A DNA stretch of 63,218 nt, the filler included, from Octopus bimaculoides (lineage: Eukaryota): assembly GCF_001194135.2 (NCBI RefSeq). It is 7 parts of 4 records of this genome, joined end to end, with 100 filler letters (N's around TTAATTAATTAA, not from the genome) between each part and the next. Parts side by side here need not be neighbours in the genome. Positions count along the whole stretch, not along the records: positions 22,542 to 32,832 come from NC_069001.1; positions 32,933 to 48,919 come from NC_068989.1; 5 more parts are not named here. One strand, 5' to 3'. Shown in pieces: positions 26,201-39,667 of this stretch (position 1 is its first letter; every line of letters begins with the position of its first letter). The notes below the pieces were generated by a model. The model had not been told where the DNA came from. It worked only from the letters and a program-made list of their open reading frames with translations, and did not search any database. A program made the translations under genes and the position numbers.

Positions 26201-27482
26201 CAAACAATTCCTTCAATACTAATAATAATAATTTCAATAATATGAGAAATTATTAATGGTTTTAGCTGATGTTTTTAAACCTAGTCATCCTGTAGATACC
26301 AGTTTGTATAAGACTGTCTCATTTTGAAGGAGATTTAGTTGCTATTTTTTGCAGATTGAATGCCCACATAAAGGCTTCCTTGTCATCTTGTTATTCTTGT
26401 TGGTGATGTTGCTGTTGTTTGTAGTTTATCTTGATTTATACTAATTAATATGTTGTTTGCACTAATTAATATGTTGTTAATGCCAATTAATATGTTATTA
26501 ATATTTATACTAATTAATACACTCAATCTGTGTATTTCCAGATGTTAGAAATATCTGTCAGTAGATAAATATTTACACACATATACGGAGAAATAGTGAA
26601 CTGGTACCACAGTGTCCTGGGAGGACATTTAGGAGATTGATATGAACTACAATGCAATGAGCAGGTCTCAGGTAAACTCACTTTTATCTCTCTGTCACCA
26701 GTAATCACCTGTCATTAATGTTAAAATTGTTTAAATTACAGTCATAATATCTCCATCACCTCTAATCATTTGCCCTCTCTATTATAATTGGTTTAAAGCA
26801 ATTTACATGTCACATTCACCTGTAATCATTAGTCTGTATTATTCTGATTTAATACAATAATCCCATACCCATCTCACCTATTTACCTGCCCACCCTGTTA
26901 TGACTGTTTTCATACAATCCCACAACCCACTCCCATGTAATTCCTTCCACTTATTCTTTTTATATGGAGATCACAGCCTTATTCTACTGTATCACTTACA
27001 ATGTCTCGTTATGACAATAATTTAAACCTTTCATTAACAATTCAACTATGATAACACTGTTTTTAAAATGCTTATATCAAAATTAAAATCTTCCTTCATA
27101 ATTTCATTAAATAATGTTCCTAACATCAATTTAATTTATTATTTGAATAAATCTTACCAAATTGTTAATTATTTTCTAAATTAATTGAAACAAACTTATC
27201 TGGGTCAATGTATTTTATGAGAAATATTCATGAAAGGGTTAATTGGTTTTTCATACTAATCCCTATTTTTCTCCCTCTCAACACACCATCATACCTGATC
27301 TATCTTTGCCATATTTGCATGCTAATGTCACCACCTGTGAGCACTTATATTGAATATATTAGTTAGAATTCAAATTCTCAAAATGTTGGGACATAAACAT
27401 TAACATGAGAGTTTACTAAGTATTAAGTCTTTTGTTCTCTCGGTCTTCCAAACACCAACAAGTTTTAATATTTCTCATCAAT

Positions 27483-27593
27483 AAGGCAGTGAGCTGGCAA
27501 AATCATTAGCATGCCATGCAAAATGCTCGGTATTTTGTCCGTCTTTACTTTCTGAGTTTCAGTTCTATCAAAGACGACTTTGCTTTCATCCCT
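27483..27593 (+). mobile_element. tRNA-derived SINE (family A), 5' part
   Basis: aaggcagtgagctggcaaaatcattagc..gactttgctttcatcc homologous to 18817 copy. Confidence 0.7.
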
Positions 27594-28463
27594 AAGTTTT
27601 AAAACTTTCAGTGTAAGGAACACACATGTGATAGAGAGTATGTTGATTTAGTCGACCCTGAAATTACTGGCTTTGTACCAAAGTTTGAAACCAATATGTC
27701 TCATCAATCAATTCATCAATAAAGAAATAAAGAATTTTCAATTATTTAATGAGGATAAATCTTCCAGCTACTTGATTAATTTCAAAGTTAATTGAAACAC
27801 TCTCACATAGGAAGTCATTTGTTGACGGTAGCAAAGTAGGGTCAACACAAGGGCCAATAGAGTCCTGCACACTACACATACACACACACACATGCACAAA
27901 AACATACATGGACACAGACACACACACACACACACACACACACAGATATACTCGCACATGCACAGATGCATGCACAGATATGAAACAAAAAATATAAACC
28001 TGTGTATACGTCCAGTGTTTGTCTACCCTTGCCCTTGTTACCCATAGTCTTGTGACTCAGAAGTTCCTACAAGTTGAGCTATGGGCCACTGCTTTCTGTA
28101 GATGTAACAATACACATACATACACACACTTTCTATCACATGTGTTCCTTACACTAAAAATTTTAAAACTTATATAAATAAATACAAAAGCAACAAAACC
28201 AGAATGGATATCAAAGAATGGGGTGGAACCTTAAAATGATATGGGTAGGTAGGTGGGTTTTTATGAAAAAAGGTGAAATTCCTGAAAAACAGCAAGAAAT
28301 GTTCATTTGAGAGATGGTGTTCAAAAATTCATCAAAACCAAAAGGATGAAAGGCAAAGTCAACCTCAGCAAAAGTTGAACTCAGAATGTAAAGACTAATA
28401 ATGATAATAATAATAATAATAATGGTGATGATGATAACAATTCCATCCTTTGAGTAACACAAC

Positions 28464-28494
<31 letters not shown>

Positions 28495-28532
28495 ACACAT
28501 CCACCACCACCACCAGGGTGGCAGAGTGCTCT

Positions 28533-28610
28533 TTTTTCCTCTATTTGCCATATTGTTTTTTTCCTCTATTTGCCATATTGTTTTTTTCCTCTATTTGCCA
28601 TATTGTTTTC
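28533..28610. repeat. About 24-bp tandem repeat x3 (ttcctctatttgccatattgtttt)
   Basis: Direct reading. Confidence 0.9.
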
Positions 28611-29084
28611 TCTCCCTTCACTCCTACCTGTACTTTCACCTGTCTAAATACTACCACCCCTCTTCCTTCAAACTGTTTCCTGTTTGTTTTGCTCAAGTCT
28701 GCACCTGATAATAGACTTCATTGCATATACTTCCATCACACTCTCTCCACCCACATCATACCATCCAGTCCTCCATGCACCACCATCTTTGATTCCTCCC
28801 CCCTCTCTCTCTCCTGGACATTTACCATCCTACTACATCTTCCCCTACACCACTATATACATATTTAAGAGTATAATTACAATATAGAGAACTAATTTAG
28901 AGGGAATTGTAGGTATTTGACATCTACTTCTAGTGTATAAGCGCTGGCATTCCAGCGCCCTTAATTATAGTTATATTTTGTAATTATATACTTAAAAATA
29001 AATTTTACCGCTATGGCCATTTTTTATATGCTAGACACTAATATAATCACTTTGATGATTATGTCCTCAATTTATAAGTATATA

Positions 29085-29440
29085 CATATCTATTTATATA
29101 TATGGGTGTCTGTCTGTCTGTGTGAATCCCTAAAACTTGAGAACTACACAACCAATTTCATTGAAATTTTACACATGCCTTACTTAGGGTCCAGGTAGTG
29201 TTTTAGGCCAAAAAAATGTTCACTTCTTGCTTAGTGCAAGCCCAGTGCAATATCATATCACCTCCACTATTGCAGTATTACGTGTCAAAAGTGAAACAAT
29301 AACATCTCTCTATTGTAATGTCAGATATTTTCACTTTAATACTGAAACTATTATCTCGCATATATACAGGCATACATACATATATACATATAATACTAGC
29401 AGCTAAGCCCGGTTTCACCCTGTCTGTTTGGATGATGTGG
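29085..29440. mobile_element. Non-autonomous Helitron-like pieces
   Basis: tctatttatatata..(gtct)n..ccaatttcattgaaattttacac resembles Helitron-derived repeat 5' ends; 29394-29430 read on minus gives a GC-rich stretch followed by CTAGT. Related motif gttattgtttcact near 32655. Confidence 0.4.
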
Positions 29441-32091
29441 CTGTGATCATTTTCAGTTAGGCATAATCTATAACAGCGTTTCTCAACCTTATCATTTCGG
29501 GTCCCCTGTTTCGATTTCCAACTNNNNNNNNNNNNNNNNNNNNNNNNNNNNNNNNNNNNNNNNNNNNNNNNNNNNNNNNNNNNNNNNNNNNNNNNNNNNN
29601 NNNNNNNNNNNNNNNNNNNNNNNNNNNNNNNNNNNNNNNNNNNNNNNNNNNNNNNNNNNNNNNNNNNNNNNNNNNNNNNNNNNNNNNNNNNNNNNNNNNN
29701 NNNNNNNNNNNNNNNNNNNNNNNNNNNNNNNNNNNNNNNNNNNNNNNNNNNNNNNNNNNNNNNNNNNNNNNNNNNNNNNNNNNNNNNNNNNNNNNNNNNN
29801 NNNNNNNNNNNNNNNNNNNNNNNNNNNNNNNNNNNNNNNNNNNNNNNNNNNNNNNNNNNNNNNNNNNNNNNNNNNNNNNNNNNNNNNNNNNNNNNNNNNN
29901 NNNNNNNNNNNNNNNNNNNNNNNNNNNNNNNNNNNNNNNNNNNNNNNNNNNNNNNNNNNNNNNNNNNNNNNNNNNNNNNNNNNNNNNNNNNNNNNNNNNN
30001 NNNNNNNNNNNNNNNNNNNNNNNNNNNNNNNNNNNNNNNNNNNNNNNNNNNNNNNNNNNNNNNNNNNNNNNNNNNNNNNNNNNNNNNNNNNNNNNNNNNN
30101 NNNNNNNNNNNNNNNNNNNNNNNNNNNNNNNNNNNNNNNNNNNNNNNNNNNNNNNNNNNNNNNNNNNNNNNNNNNNNNNNNNNNNNNNNNNNNNNNNNNN
30201 NNNNNNNNNNNNNNGAGTTGTGAAGAAAGAATTTGTACGTAGTCTGTTTCTGAGAACTATTCTATTGGACTTCTGTCTAATCACATCTTTTAAGGTACAC
30301 ACACATACATAGAAAATGTGAGGTCATGGTAGAAAATTTTTACTATAGTTGATTTATGGAAAAGATTATGTTAAATGTTTGAAATGCAAATCTGTGAATG
30401 AAAATTAAGTTCAGACCTCTACATGGTAGGTAGACCTGGTAGAAATAGCAGCCAAATCTCCCTCAAAATACCCTACTGTATTAATGCGACAATTCTGCGT
30501 ATTATGTAGTTTGAATGAGAAACTGTAACTAAAGATGAAGATAATTAACCCCACAAAGAGGTGAAAGAAGAGAGGCATCATAGCGAAAATTTTGGCTGAC
30601 CGTCATCCTGTAGTTCCCTTGTTGCTGTGTGAGCAACTGGTTGTTTTAATGGTGGAACAAAGAGGGGATTTGCATTAAAAAATGTTTCAATCAATTTTCC
30701 CTGTAAGTATGGGGGCTAGGAAAAAAAAATAGAAGAGGCATTAAGAACTTGACGTTAAGAATTGCTTTAACAGTTAGAAAATGTTTGACATTTCAATCAT
30801 CACCAAAAAATGAAGCTGTAAGAATTTACGGGGAAATTGTATGTAAGAAGTAAAGCAGAAATGATTTGTAACTGTACTGCCTAAATTCTGCAACTTAATA
30901 GCAGACGTATCCGATTTAAGAAAAGTGAAGATAGAAGCTAAGTGGAGAAGTATGGAATAAGTCATTGTTATACGCTTATAGAATATATGGACACGTACCT
31001 TTTTAGAAAACAAAATGTAGGTGAGAGCTATTGTATCAGACGTTTGTCTAATCAGAGAGCAGAAATTGAAAGAAGATATATGAAATGGACGTGTGTGTTT
31101 CTGTGGATAATTTGGTAGGAGTTTTGCAGTCAGCACAAGGTGGTTTGTGTTTATCTCTTGAGTTGAATTGTTGTGAATTTGTCAGTAATAGCAATGCCCG
31201 GACAAGTGAAAATATTTTTTTAATATATGGTTGGGGAAAAAAGGGGATCTTTTGAAGTCGGTGTGAAAGCAAAAGAGACAGAGAGAGTGCGGTTGTATCA
31301 GTGAAGTTCTTTTAGAGTTGCGGGAGATGGAAGAATTGATGTGCGTGCATGCGTGTGTGTGTCTGTCTGTCTTTCTATGTGTGTGTGTGTTTGATGGGGT
31401 TTGTAAGACAGAATGTGTGGTTGTGTGGTGTGTATATGAATTGCTTTTGTGAGTGTGTGTGAAGAGACAGAGAGTAATATTGATGGTGTGTGTGTATATG
31501 AGAGAGAGAGAGAGAGAGAGATAACTGAAATTCATTCAGTTTTTGTAGTGAGTGAATGAGAGAGAGAGAGAGTGGTTATGTATGTATGTATGAATGGCTT
31601 CAGTGACATACACTCACACACACACGCGCACACACGCAGGTTGTTTTAATCGATTTTCTCAGTAACTATGAGGGCTAGGCAAAAAATACAAACCGCATTC
31701 CAATCTATGCACCCATCTCCACATATGCGCCATTTTTCACGTGAATTCACCCAACCGTTTGGCTGTGAACCTCAAGACAAGAAAGAATACAACGCTCGCC
31801 CATGTCAAATTTATATTATAGAATATGTTATGTGTGTGTGTATATATGTATATATATATATATATATATGTATACATCTGCACAAATGTATATATATAGA
31901 TGTATATGTATACATGCATATGTATACATGTATATGTATAGCTGTATATGTATAGATGTATATGTATACATGTATATGTGTAGATGTCTATATATAGATG
32001 TACATGTAATATATACACATATAGATACACATATATACATGCATACATATATACACTCGTACACACTCACATACACACACACACACACATA

Positions 32092-32398
32092 CATAGGTGC
32101 AGGTGTGGCTGTGTGGTAAGAAACTTGGTTCCAAAACACATGGTCCTGGGTTCAGTCCCACTGTGTGGTAACTTGGCTTGTGTCTTCTGCTATAGCCTCA
32201 GACCAACCAAAGCCTTGTGAGTGGATTTTGTAGACAGAAAATGAAAGAAATCAATCGTATATATATATGTATGTGTGTGTCTTTGTGTTTGTGTTTCTCC
32301 CTCATCACTGCTTCACAACTGCTGTTTGTTTATTTACATCCCCATAACTCACTGGTTTGACAAGAAGAAACCGATAGAATAAGTACCAGGCTTATCAA
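32092..32398 (+). mobile_element. tRNA-derived SINE (family C)
   Basis: ggctgtgtggtaag..gggttcagtccca..aaagccttgtgagtggatt..; reverse copies near 32944-32992, 35122-35277, 39050-39186, 58140-58243 and 58824-58988, plus a plus-strand piece at 50450-50500. Confidence 0.8.
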
Positions 32399-32472
32399 AA
32401 TTTAAAAGAAGGCACTAGGCAGTGTCTCATATTTTTCTTTACCCACTCAGTTGTATCTATCAATCAATCTTT

Positions 32473-32521
<49 letters not shown>

Positions 32522-32992
32522 CTAGCATATACTAGTATATATATATATATACTAGTTGCCCAGGAATGAAATTGCTGCTTATTGGTACTTGGAAACTTTT
32601 ACAATAATTAAAATGGGGCTTAAATGAAAAAAATTCACACAGCGAATATACCACGTTATTGTTTCACTGTTATATACACAGATATACATTGACGCATGTC
32701 AGTCGAAAAGTGAAAGTGTAATAGTAATACTTTAACACTCAATGGTTTTACACTTTTGTATATGTCATGTACATACTATTCATGTAAGTGCTTCTTCATA
32801 TACTATGTTTTCTGTCTTGCCATGTTTATCACNNNNNNNNNNNNNNNNNNNNNNNNNNNNNNNNNNNNNNNNNNNNTTAATTAATTAANNNNNNNNNNNN
32901 NNNNNNNNNNNNNNNNNNNNNNNNNNNNNNNNATATATATACAACGGGCTTCTTTCAGTTTCCGTCTACCAAATCCACTCACAAGGCTTTGG

Positions 32993-33470
32993 TGGGAGTC
33001 TTCTGTAATTTGTTTATATTCATATGTTAAAAAAAAATTTTAAGCCACATAATTAACTGAATGTTATATTATCGTTGTTATTTCCGTTCAGAACAGGTTT
33101 GAATCGTTTTTATTTTATCTTTCTACCAACCTCACTTGTGTCATGTAGTTTGTGGAAAAGAAAAATTAGAAACATTTTCTGACCACACGTTTTTATATGT
33201 TCGCTCAGTGTAATTTTGCGGACATTAGTGTTCCGGATTTGTTGTCTGTGGACTCGTGAGCGTTCAGATAATGTATTTCCTGTCTCGCCAATATATAGTT
33301 CCTCGCAATTCGGGTATTTAATGCAGTAGATCAAGTTTCTGCTTTTGCAGTTCATATCTGCTTTTGCGAAAATCTGTCCATTTTTTGTGCTAATGGATCG
33401 CCCAGTATGCATGTATTGACACGTTTCACATCTGTTATCATTACACTTGGATACTGTGAATGTGTTTCGT
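32993..33470 (-). mobile_element. PLE 3' fragment with GIY-YIG (left arm of inverted duplication)
   Basis: ORF 33110-33412 CKSRNLIYCIKYPNCEELYIGETGNTLSERSRVHRQQIR..LSEHIKTC. Confidence 0.85.
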
Positions 33471-33499
33471 TAGTTATTATATTTTTTAAACACTTTTCT

Positions 33500-34060
33500 T
33501 AAGCAAAAGGCAGCACATAACCTAAAGAAACTATTAACAAAGGTAAAATTCAATATGAACAAACAGGATGAAACATTCACAGTATCCAAGTGTAATGATA
33601 ACACATGTGGAACGTGTCAGCACACGCATACTGGTAGATCCATTAGAACAAAAGAATGGAAAGATTTTTGCAAATGCGGATATGAAATACAAAAGCAGAA
33701 ATATGATCTAGTGCATTAAAAAATGCCCGAATTGTGTGGAGTTATATATTGGCGAGACAAAGAGTGCATTATTTGAACGCTTACGTGTCCACAGACAACA
33801 AAGTGGGAACACTAATGTTTGCCAAATTACATTGAGCGAACATATAGAACCATGTGGTCAGAAAATGTTTCTAATTTTTCCTTTCCACAATTTTCCTTGA
33901 CACAAGTAAGGCTGAAAGAACGATAAAAGAAAAAACGGCTTATTAAAATGTTCAAACCTGTTCTGAACGGAAATAACAACAATATACCAACCAGGTAATT
34001 ATGTGGATTAAAATATATCTGTAACATATGAATATAAGCAAATTACAGAAGACTCCCACC
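33500..34060 (+). mobile_element. PLE 3' fragment with GIY-YIG (right arm of inverted duplication)
   Basis: Reverse complement of the left arm with scattered differences (gaaacattcacagtatccaagtgtaatgataac; tatattggcgagaca; caaacctgttctgaacggaaataac); begins with NLKKLLTKVKF. Confidence 0.85.
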
Positions 34061-34482
34061 AAATGAAATAAAAAAGCTGCGTGTGGATTGGTCAAAACCG
34101 TATTCCAAAAATTCAGCTTGTTGGGGCCTTCTAAAAGGTACAAAAAGAAGTCAGTCATTTTACTACAGCTGTCAAGAACTCAAGTATCAGATAAATACAT
34201 TATGAAATCTGCTAATTACTACGAACATATGATAGCACTTATTGAACCTTATGAACATTACAAAATATTTTTCTAATGTCTAACACACTTCAACATTTAA
34301 AGAAATTTCTTTTTTTATAAAAATACCTTAATAAAAAACGTGAAAACCTGACCTGAAAAGGTTTAATTGTTTTGCCCTTTGTCACTTTAGTGTATATATT
34401 TCTGACTTCAGGCTGTAAAATTGCGAATTGGCAACCCATATTACATATATATATTCATTATTCATTTATATATGTATATGCA

Positions 34483-34522
<40 letters not shown>

Positions 34523-35349
34523 TAAAATTACTATCAACGTATCAAAGCGGAAATTGAACTTTATGAACATTTCTATATATATATATATNNNNNNNNNNNN
34601 NNNNNNNNNNNNNNNNNNNNNNNNTACATATATAAATAAATATATGTAATATGGGTTGCTAATTCGCAATTTTACAGCCTGAAGTCAGAAATATATACAC
34701 TAAAGTGACAAAAGGGACTAGTCAACACCAATATTGCTAGAAGGAGTCAAAATAATTCAATAACCACGGAAAGCACTTGCTTAATGACTGAGAAGGGAGG
34801 CAAGCAATGTTTCACTCAGACTATGACGATGCTGGGGCACCGGCTTGACCAATATTTAGTGGTATGCGTCAACCTTTGCACTTATTATATTTTTAAGACT
34901 TGTTCTTATTTTATGTTTTTTTTTTCTTTTTTTGGCCGGACTGCTAAGCTACCGAGACACAACCACACTAACACCTGCCGCCAAGAGGTGGGGGTAACAA
35001 ACATAAAGACTCTCTCTCGCTCTGTCTATCTCTTTCATACATGTACACACACTCACACACATATACACACATACACACACATACAAACACACACACATAT
35101 ATTTATATTTATAGTCATACGTACGACAGGCTTCTTTCAGTTTCCGCCTACCAAATTTATTCACACGGCTCTTGACAGCTCGAAGCTATAGAAGATATTT
35201 GGCCAATATGACACGTTGTGGGATTGAATATACAGCCATGTTGTTGGGAAGGAATCTTGTTATCACACAGCCATACTGTCTCTCGATTTCAAAAATTCAA
35301 ACATTTTTACTTATATCAAAATATTTTTTCAGACATCAGGTTACCAAAG

Positions 35350-37260
35350 ATTTCAGCGTTGAAAGGTTTTATGTAAACAGTTTTCTCACTTCTCAGTTTT
35401 TCAAACCCACGTGTTAGAGGGTTATCCCTATACAAGTAGCTGCTCTTAGTTGTGACTTTCGCTATTTCAGCTTTACTTTTGGTTTTAGAATTCCTTGTAA
35501 CGTATACTGTTTTGTCTTTCGTTATCGATCATTTGCTTTTATTTTGAAAAATTTTATTAGATGAATATTATGTTTGTTGTTTGTGCACTGAAATCCAATC
35601 TATTAATCTTGATGCTGCTTGGCTGATATAATTCTCATTACATTGTTGACATATAATGCAGTCAATGAAATTTTGGGTTTTGCAATTCCATCCCATTCTT
35701 GGAATTTTTGGTTTCCCCCTGTTAACACGTCCCACTAAGAGTTTTCCATATTTTCATACTTGCATTATTTCTTCTTATGGTGTGAAATATGCCTTAAGAG
35801 TCTTTAGAAATTGGTTGATCGTTTTTGGTTGCCAATAATTTGTGACCCGTGAAATTTTTTCTTAGATTTGATGATTGGTGTAATACTTGAAAGTAGCATT
35901 TGGCCAAATGTAAGATGTGTTTTCTATGACTTGGGGTGACTACCGATGTGATATTTCTATTCGTAGCTTCTTTTGCATTGTGAATGTTTCTCCATATGCG
36001 AAGGATTATGATTTCTTTTACTTTAGTTGTGACATTATTTACCATGGTTTCAGGTATTTTGTATCTGGAGGAATAACATTTATTGTATTACTTAGTTCTC
36101 CTGTCTATTTGAGTCTTTATCTATTGAGTATATAGGTCATGCTATACTAAATAGTATATCTCTTTCAGTATGTATTTGCTAGCAATATTTAAAGTCTATG
36201 TGCTGATATGTGTACTTTCGGAATAAATTGGCTGTAATAGTCTCATTTACCTTAATTACCAAAATGCTCAGAAAAGGAAATTCTTTATCATTCCTTTCCA
36301 TTGTGAAATACATTGATTTATTAATGCTATTGATTAATTTAAAGAATATTGTAAGGTCTTTCTTCTATTCCAAAATATGACGCAGTTTTAATTGGTTTGG
36401 AATTGCTGACCAAATGTTTTCCATGGATGGATATTGATTTCTTTCTAAGAACCCCTTTGCCAGTTTTACAAACATGAGAACAAATTTCAAGCTTATTCCT
36501 GACGGTAATATTGGTTTTCAAATAAGTAGTTGTTCTCAAGTACCAATCGTAATCCTTATAGAATAAATTATTTTGCGAATTTCTCCTGAATTCTGTGTGG
36601 GAATTTGTCTACATTGGGTCCCTCTATTTCCACTCCTAATCCATGGGAAATATTTGTGTAGAAGTGGGACACATTGAAACCAACTAGGGTCGTCTCTATA
36701 CTTTCTGACGATCCCACAAACCGATGTGCATTATGGTCTTAATATGATGTACAGTACGTTGCTTATTTGTTAATAGTCTGATGTTGGAACTACAATAATC
36801 GATCATATATTTAAATCGGACGGTTCGGGAAATATTTCATTTATGATATGGTAGTCCTTTAAACTGTCATAGATTTCGTTACGTTTAGATGTTTTCGGTA
36901 TTAAATACAAGTTGTTTGCTTCTGCCTCAAGTTAAAGAATCTAACTCCATGTTGCGTTAAACTGCATTTGAATTTATTCTATAATTTTGTTTATTGTTTT
37001 TTGTTTGTTTGCTTATAATTTAATTTTTTTGTTTGTAGAAATGTTGACTATATGGTTATTGTAAGATCATATCTAATCTATGTAAAGTATCTTGTCTCTT
37101 ATCAAAATGGCTCTTATTTTGTCAGCTACCGTAATGACTATAGAGGAATCTTTCTGTATATATTCGAAGTTTATTCGAATGCATTTTGATTTTCATTTGT
37201 AATGTTTAATTTTCTACGGTTTACTACCCAGATATATTATTCATATATATGAGATACAGC
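35350..37260 (-). mobile_element. Old, heavily decayed PLE (RT region)
   Basis: Manual read near 36540-36690: FNVSHFYTNISHGLGVEI..KFPHRIQEKF..LRLVLENNY..ENQYYRQ, parallel to the RT at 1650-1960. Outer boundaries are approximate. Confidence 0.6.
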
Positions 37261-39617
37261 AAATTATATGCATTTCCATTATCCAGTTTCCCCTATGGCT
37301 GAGAGTTTACATCTTAATGAATTACCTTAAGCGAACCTGAGATTTACTACTTGTACGAATGTCACTATGATCGATGTTTTTGAACGTATCTCTCACCGGT
37401 AAAGTACTCTACTAGATTGTGGGTTTTTGTAAAAAAGAAACAAAATGTTCGTATATCCTGGCGCTAAGCCCTTTTTTCTTTTTTGCATTGGCAAAAACAT
37501 TTGTAAATAGTGCTGATTTTGAAGCATACTCATCAGGTTCTATCTGTTGGTTCGTTGGTTGGATGATGTTTTCTTTTGTGTCGTGATGGTTGCTGGCCAG
37601 GTACTCCCTTAGAGTATTACCATCCCGTATAATATCGACATATAAATATTTACACCAGAGGACAAATATCACCATCTGCATAGAAGAGTTAAGTGATGTA
37701 ACAATAATACTCACAAATAAAATGCTTTGAGAGTTACGAAAATGGCTAAAATCCACAATATTCCGCAAGTACCCAGAGTAATTCATCAACATATCTATAT
37801 TTAGAATGGCTTACGAGCTGTGGATACACAGACACATACGTCCTAAATAATCTCGACCGTCGCCAAAATGAACGGCTGAGTCATTATATCTACAGGAGTA
37901 ATTTCTGCTAATCATAAGTTAAGCTATGAATGTATTTAACGAGGATCAGGTGTGAAAATTTCAGCAAGGCATCCAGAAACTTTTGTCAAAACATATGCTG
38001 CGTAATAAGTCACACGTGTAACATATACCCACCAGTCCGCCTCTGTATGGAGTATGTAGCATTAAATCGCCAAAGAGCAGAAACGACATGTATTTACAAT
38101 CACAAAAGTGTGGAAGAAAATGTTGCTTGCTCGGCAGCAATACATTGGAGACTATAGAAATTTCTTACCGCAGCAATTATGGAAAATCAGTGCAAAAACA
38201 TTTTAAAAGAGCGTTGATATTTATATGTATTTTACTCTGATTTGTTATGTTGCTAAAATTACTTTATAAATGTTTCCACGGTGTTCATGATACGTTTTCA
38301 GGTCTCCATTAACGTTAACGGTTTGTTTATTTTGCTCATATGTATTTTTTATATTTCTAGATTATTGAGATTTGAATTTATTTTCACTAGAGAATATGGC
38401 TATTATCTTATCTTTTATCTTTTACTTATTTCAGTCATTTCACAGCAGCTATACTTGGACACCGTTGTCTTGAAGGGTTTAGCTGAACAAATTGACTCCA
38501 GTAATTTTTGAAAAACAAACAGGTACATATTTTATGGACTTTTGCCAAATCGGTAAGTTACGGGTACTCAAATAAAATAACAGTGCTGGATACTAAACAG
38601 CAATAGTGAAACACGCATGCACACACACACACACACACATACACACACACAAACATATATATATATATGTNNNNNNNNNNNNNNNNNNNNNNNNNNNNNN
38701 NNNNNNNNNNNNNNNNNNNNNNNNNNNNNNNNNNNNNNNNNNNNNNNNNNNNNNNNNNNNNNNNNNNNNNNNNNNNNNNNNNNNNNNNNNNNNNNNNNNN
38801 NNNNNNNNNNNNNNNNNNNNNNNNNNNNNNNNNNNNNNNNNNNNNNNNNNNNNNNNNNNNNNNNNNNNNNNNNNNNNNNNNNNNNNNNNNNNNNNNNNNN
38901 NNNNNNNNNNNNNNNNNNNNNNNNNNNNNNNNNNNNNNNNNNNNNNNNNNNNNNNNNNNNNNNNNNNNNNNNNNNNNNNNNNNNNNNNNNNNNNNNNNNN
39001 NNNNNNNNNNNNNNNNNNNNNATATATATATATATATAATCACAACGCGTTTCTGTAACTTTCTGTCTTCCAAATCCACTCACAATGATTTGGTGGACTT
39101 GGGGCTATAGGAGAAGATACTTGCCCAAGTTTCCGTGCAGTAACACTGAGCCCAAGACCACATGGTTTGGAAGCAAGCTTCTCAAACGCGTTCATGTTTA
39201 TTTATCTATTCCTTAATCAATGAATCACATTTTATAGTTATCTCAGCTTATAAATTCAATGCAGTGTAATTAATTGCATCGCTTTATGTTTTCCATTTTC
39301 AGTTTGAATACTGCCCTGGGGAACTTTAGAATTCTTTGATTAAAAACGCTTACGATGTCATGGTCGTAGACGTTGTCAGAGGAAACAGTTTTCTCACCTG
39401 CATTTGTTATAAATTCTGTTAGCATGATTGAATAAAAATAAATCCAAACTGCTTTTCTTGTGCCGTGTTACTTTTAGCATGAGTTAAGGTAGTGGTTAGA
39501 AATACATCCATAAAGGAAAGCAGCGTCCCTATTACTATTTTGTTTGGGGCCGTGGAACTATTTTCTGGTTTCAAATACCATTTGTTTGGTAATTCACATA
39601 CGTATACATACAAACGT

Positions 39618-39667
<50 letters not shown>

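Noticed and set aside
26542-26670. Exon-like segment between tttccag and cag|gtaaac
   Set aside because: Stops in all three frames; a non-coding exon cannot be supported from sequence alone.
29474-29523. hAT-like terminal sequence cagcgtttctcaacct
   Set aside because: Only one end is visible before a large gap; no partner TIR or target-site duplication.
37412-37792. 126-aa minus-strand ORF
   Set aside because: No recognisable motif; may be PLE 5' debris or a chance ORF.
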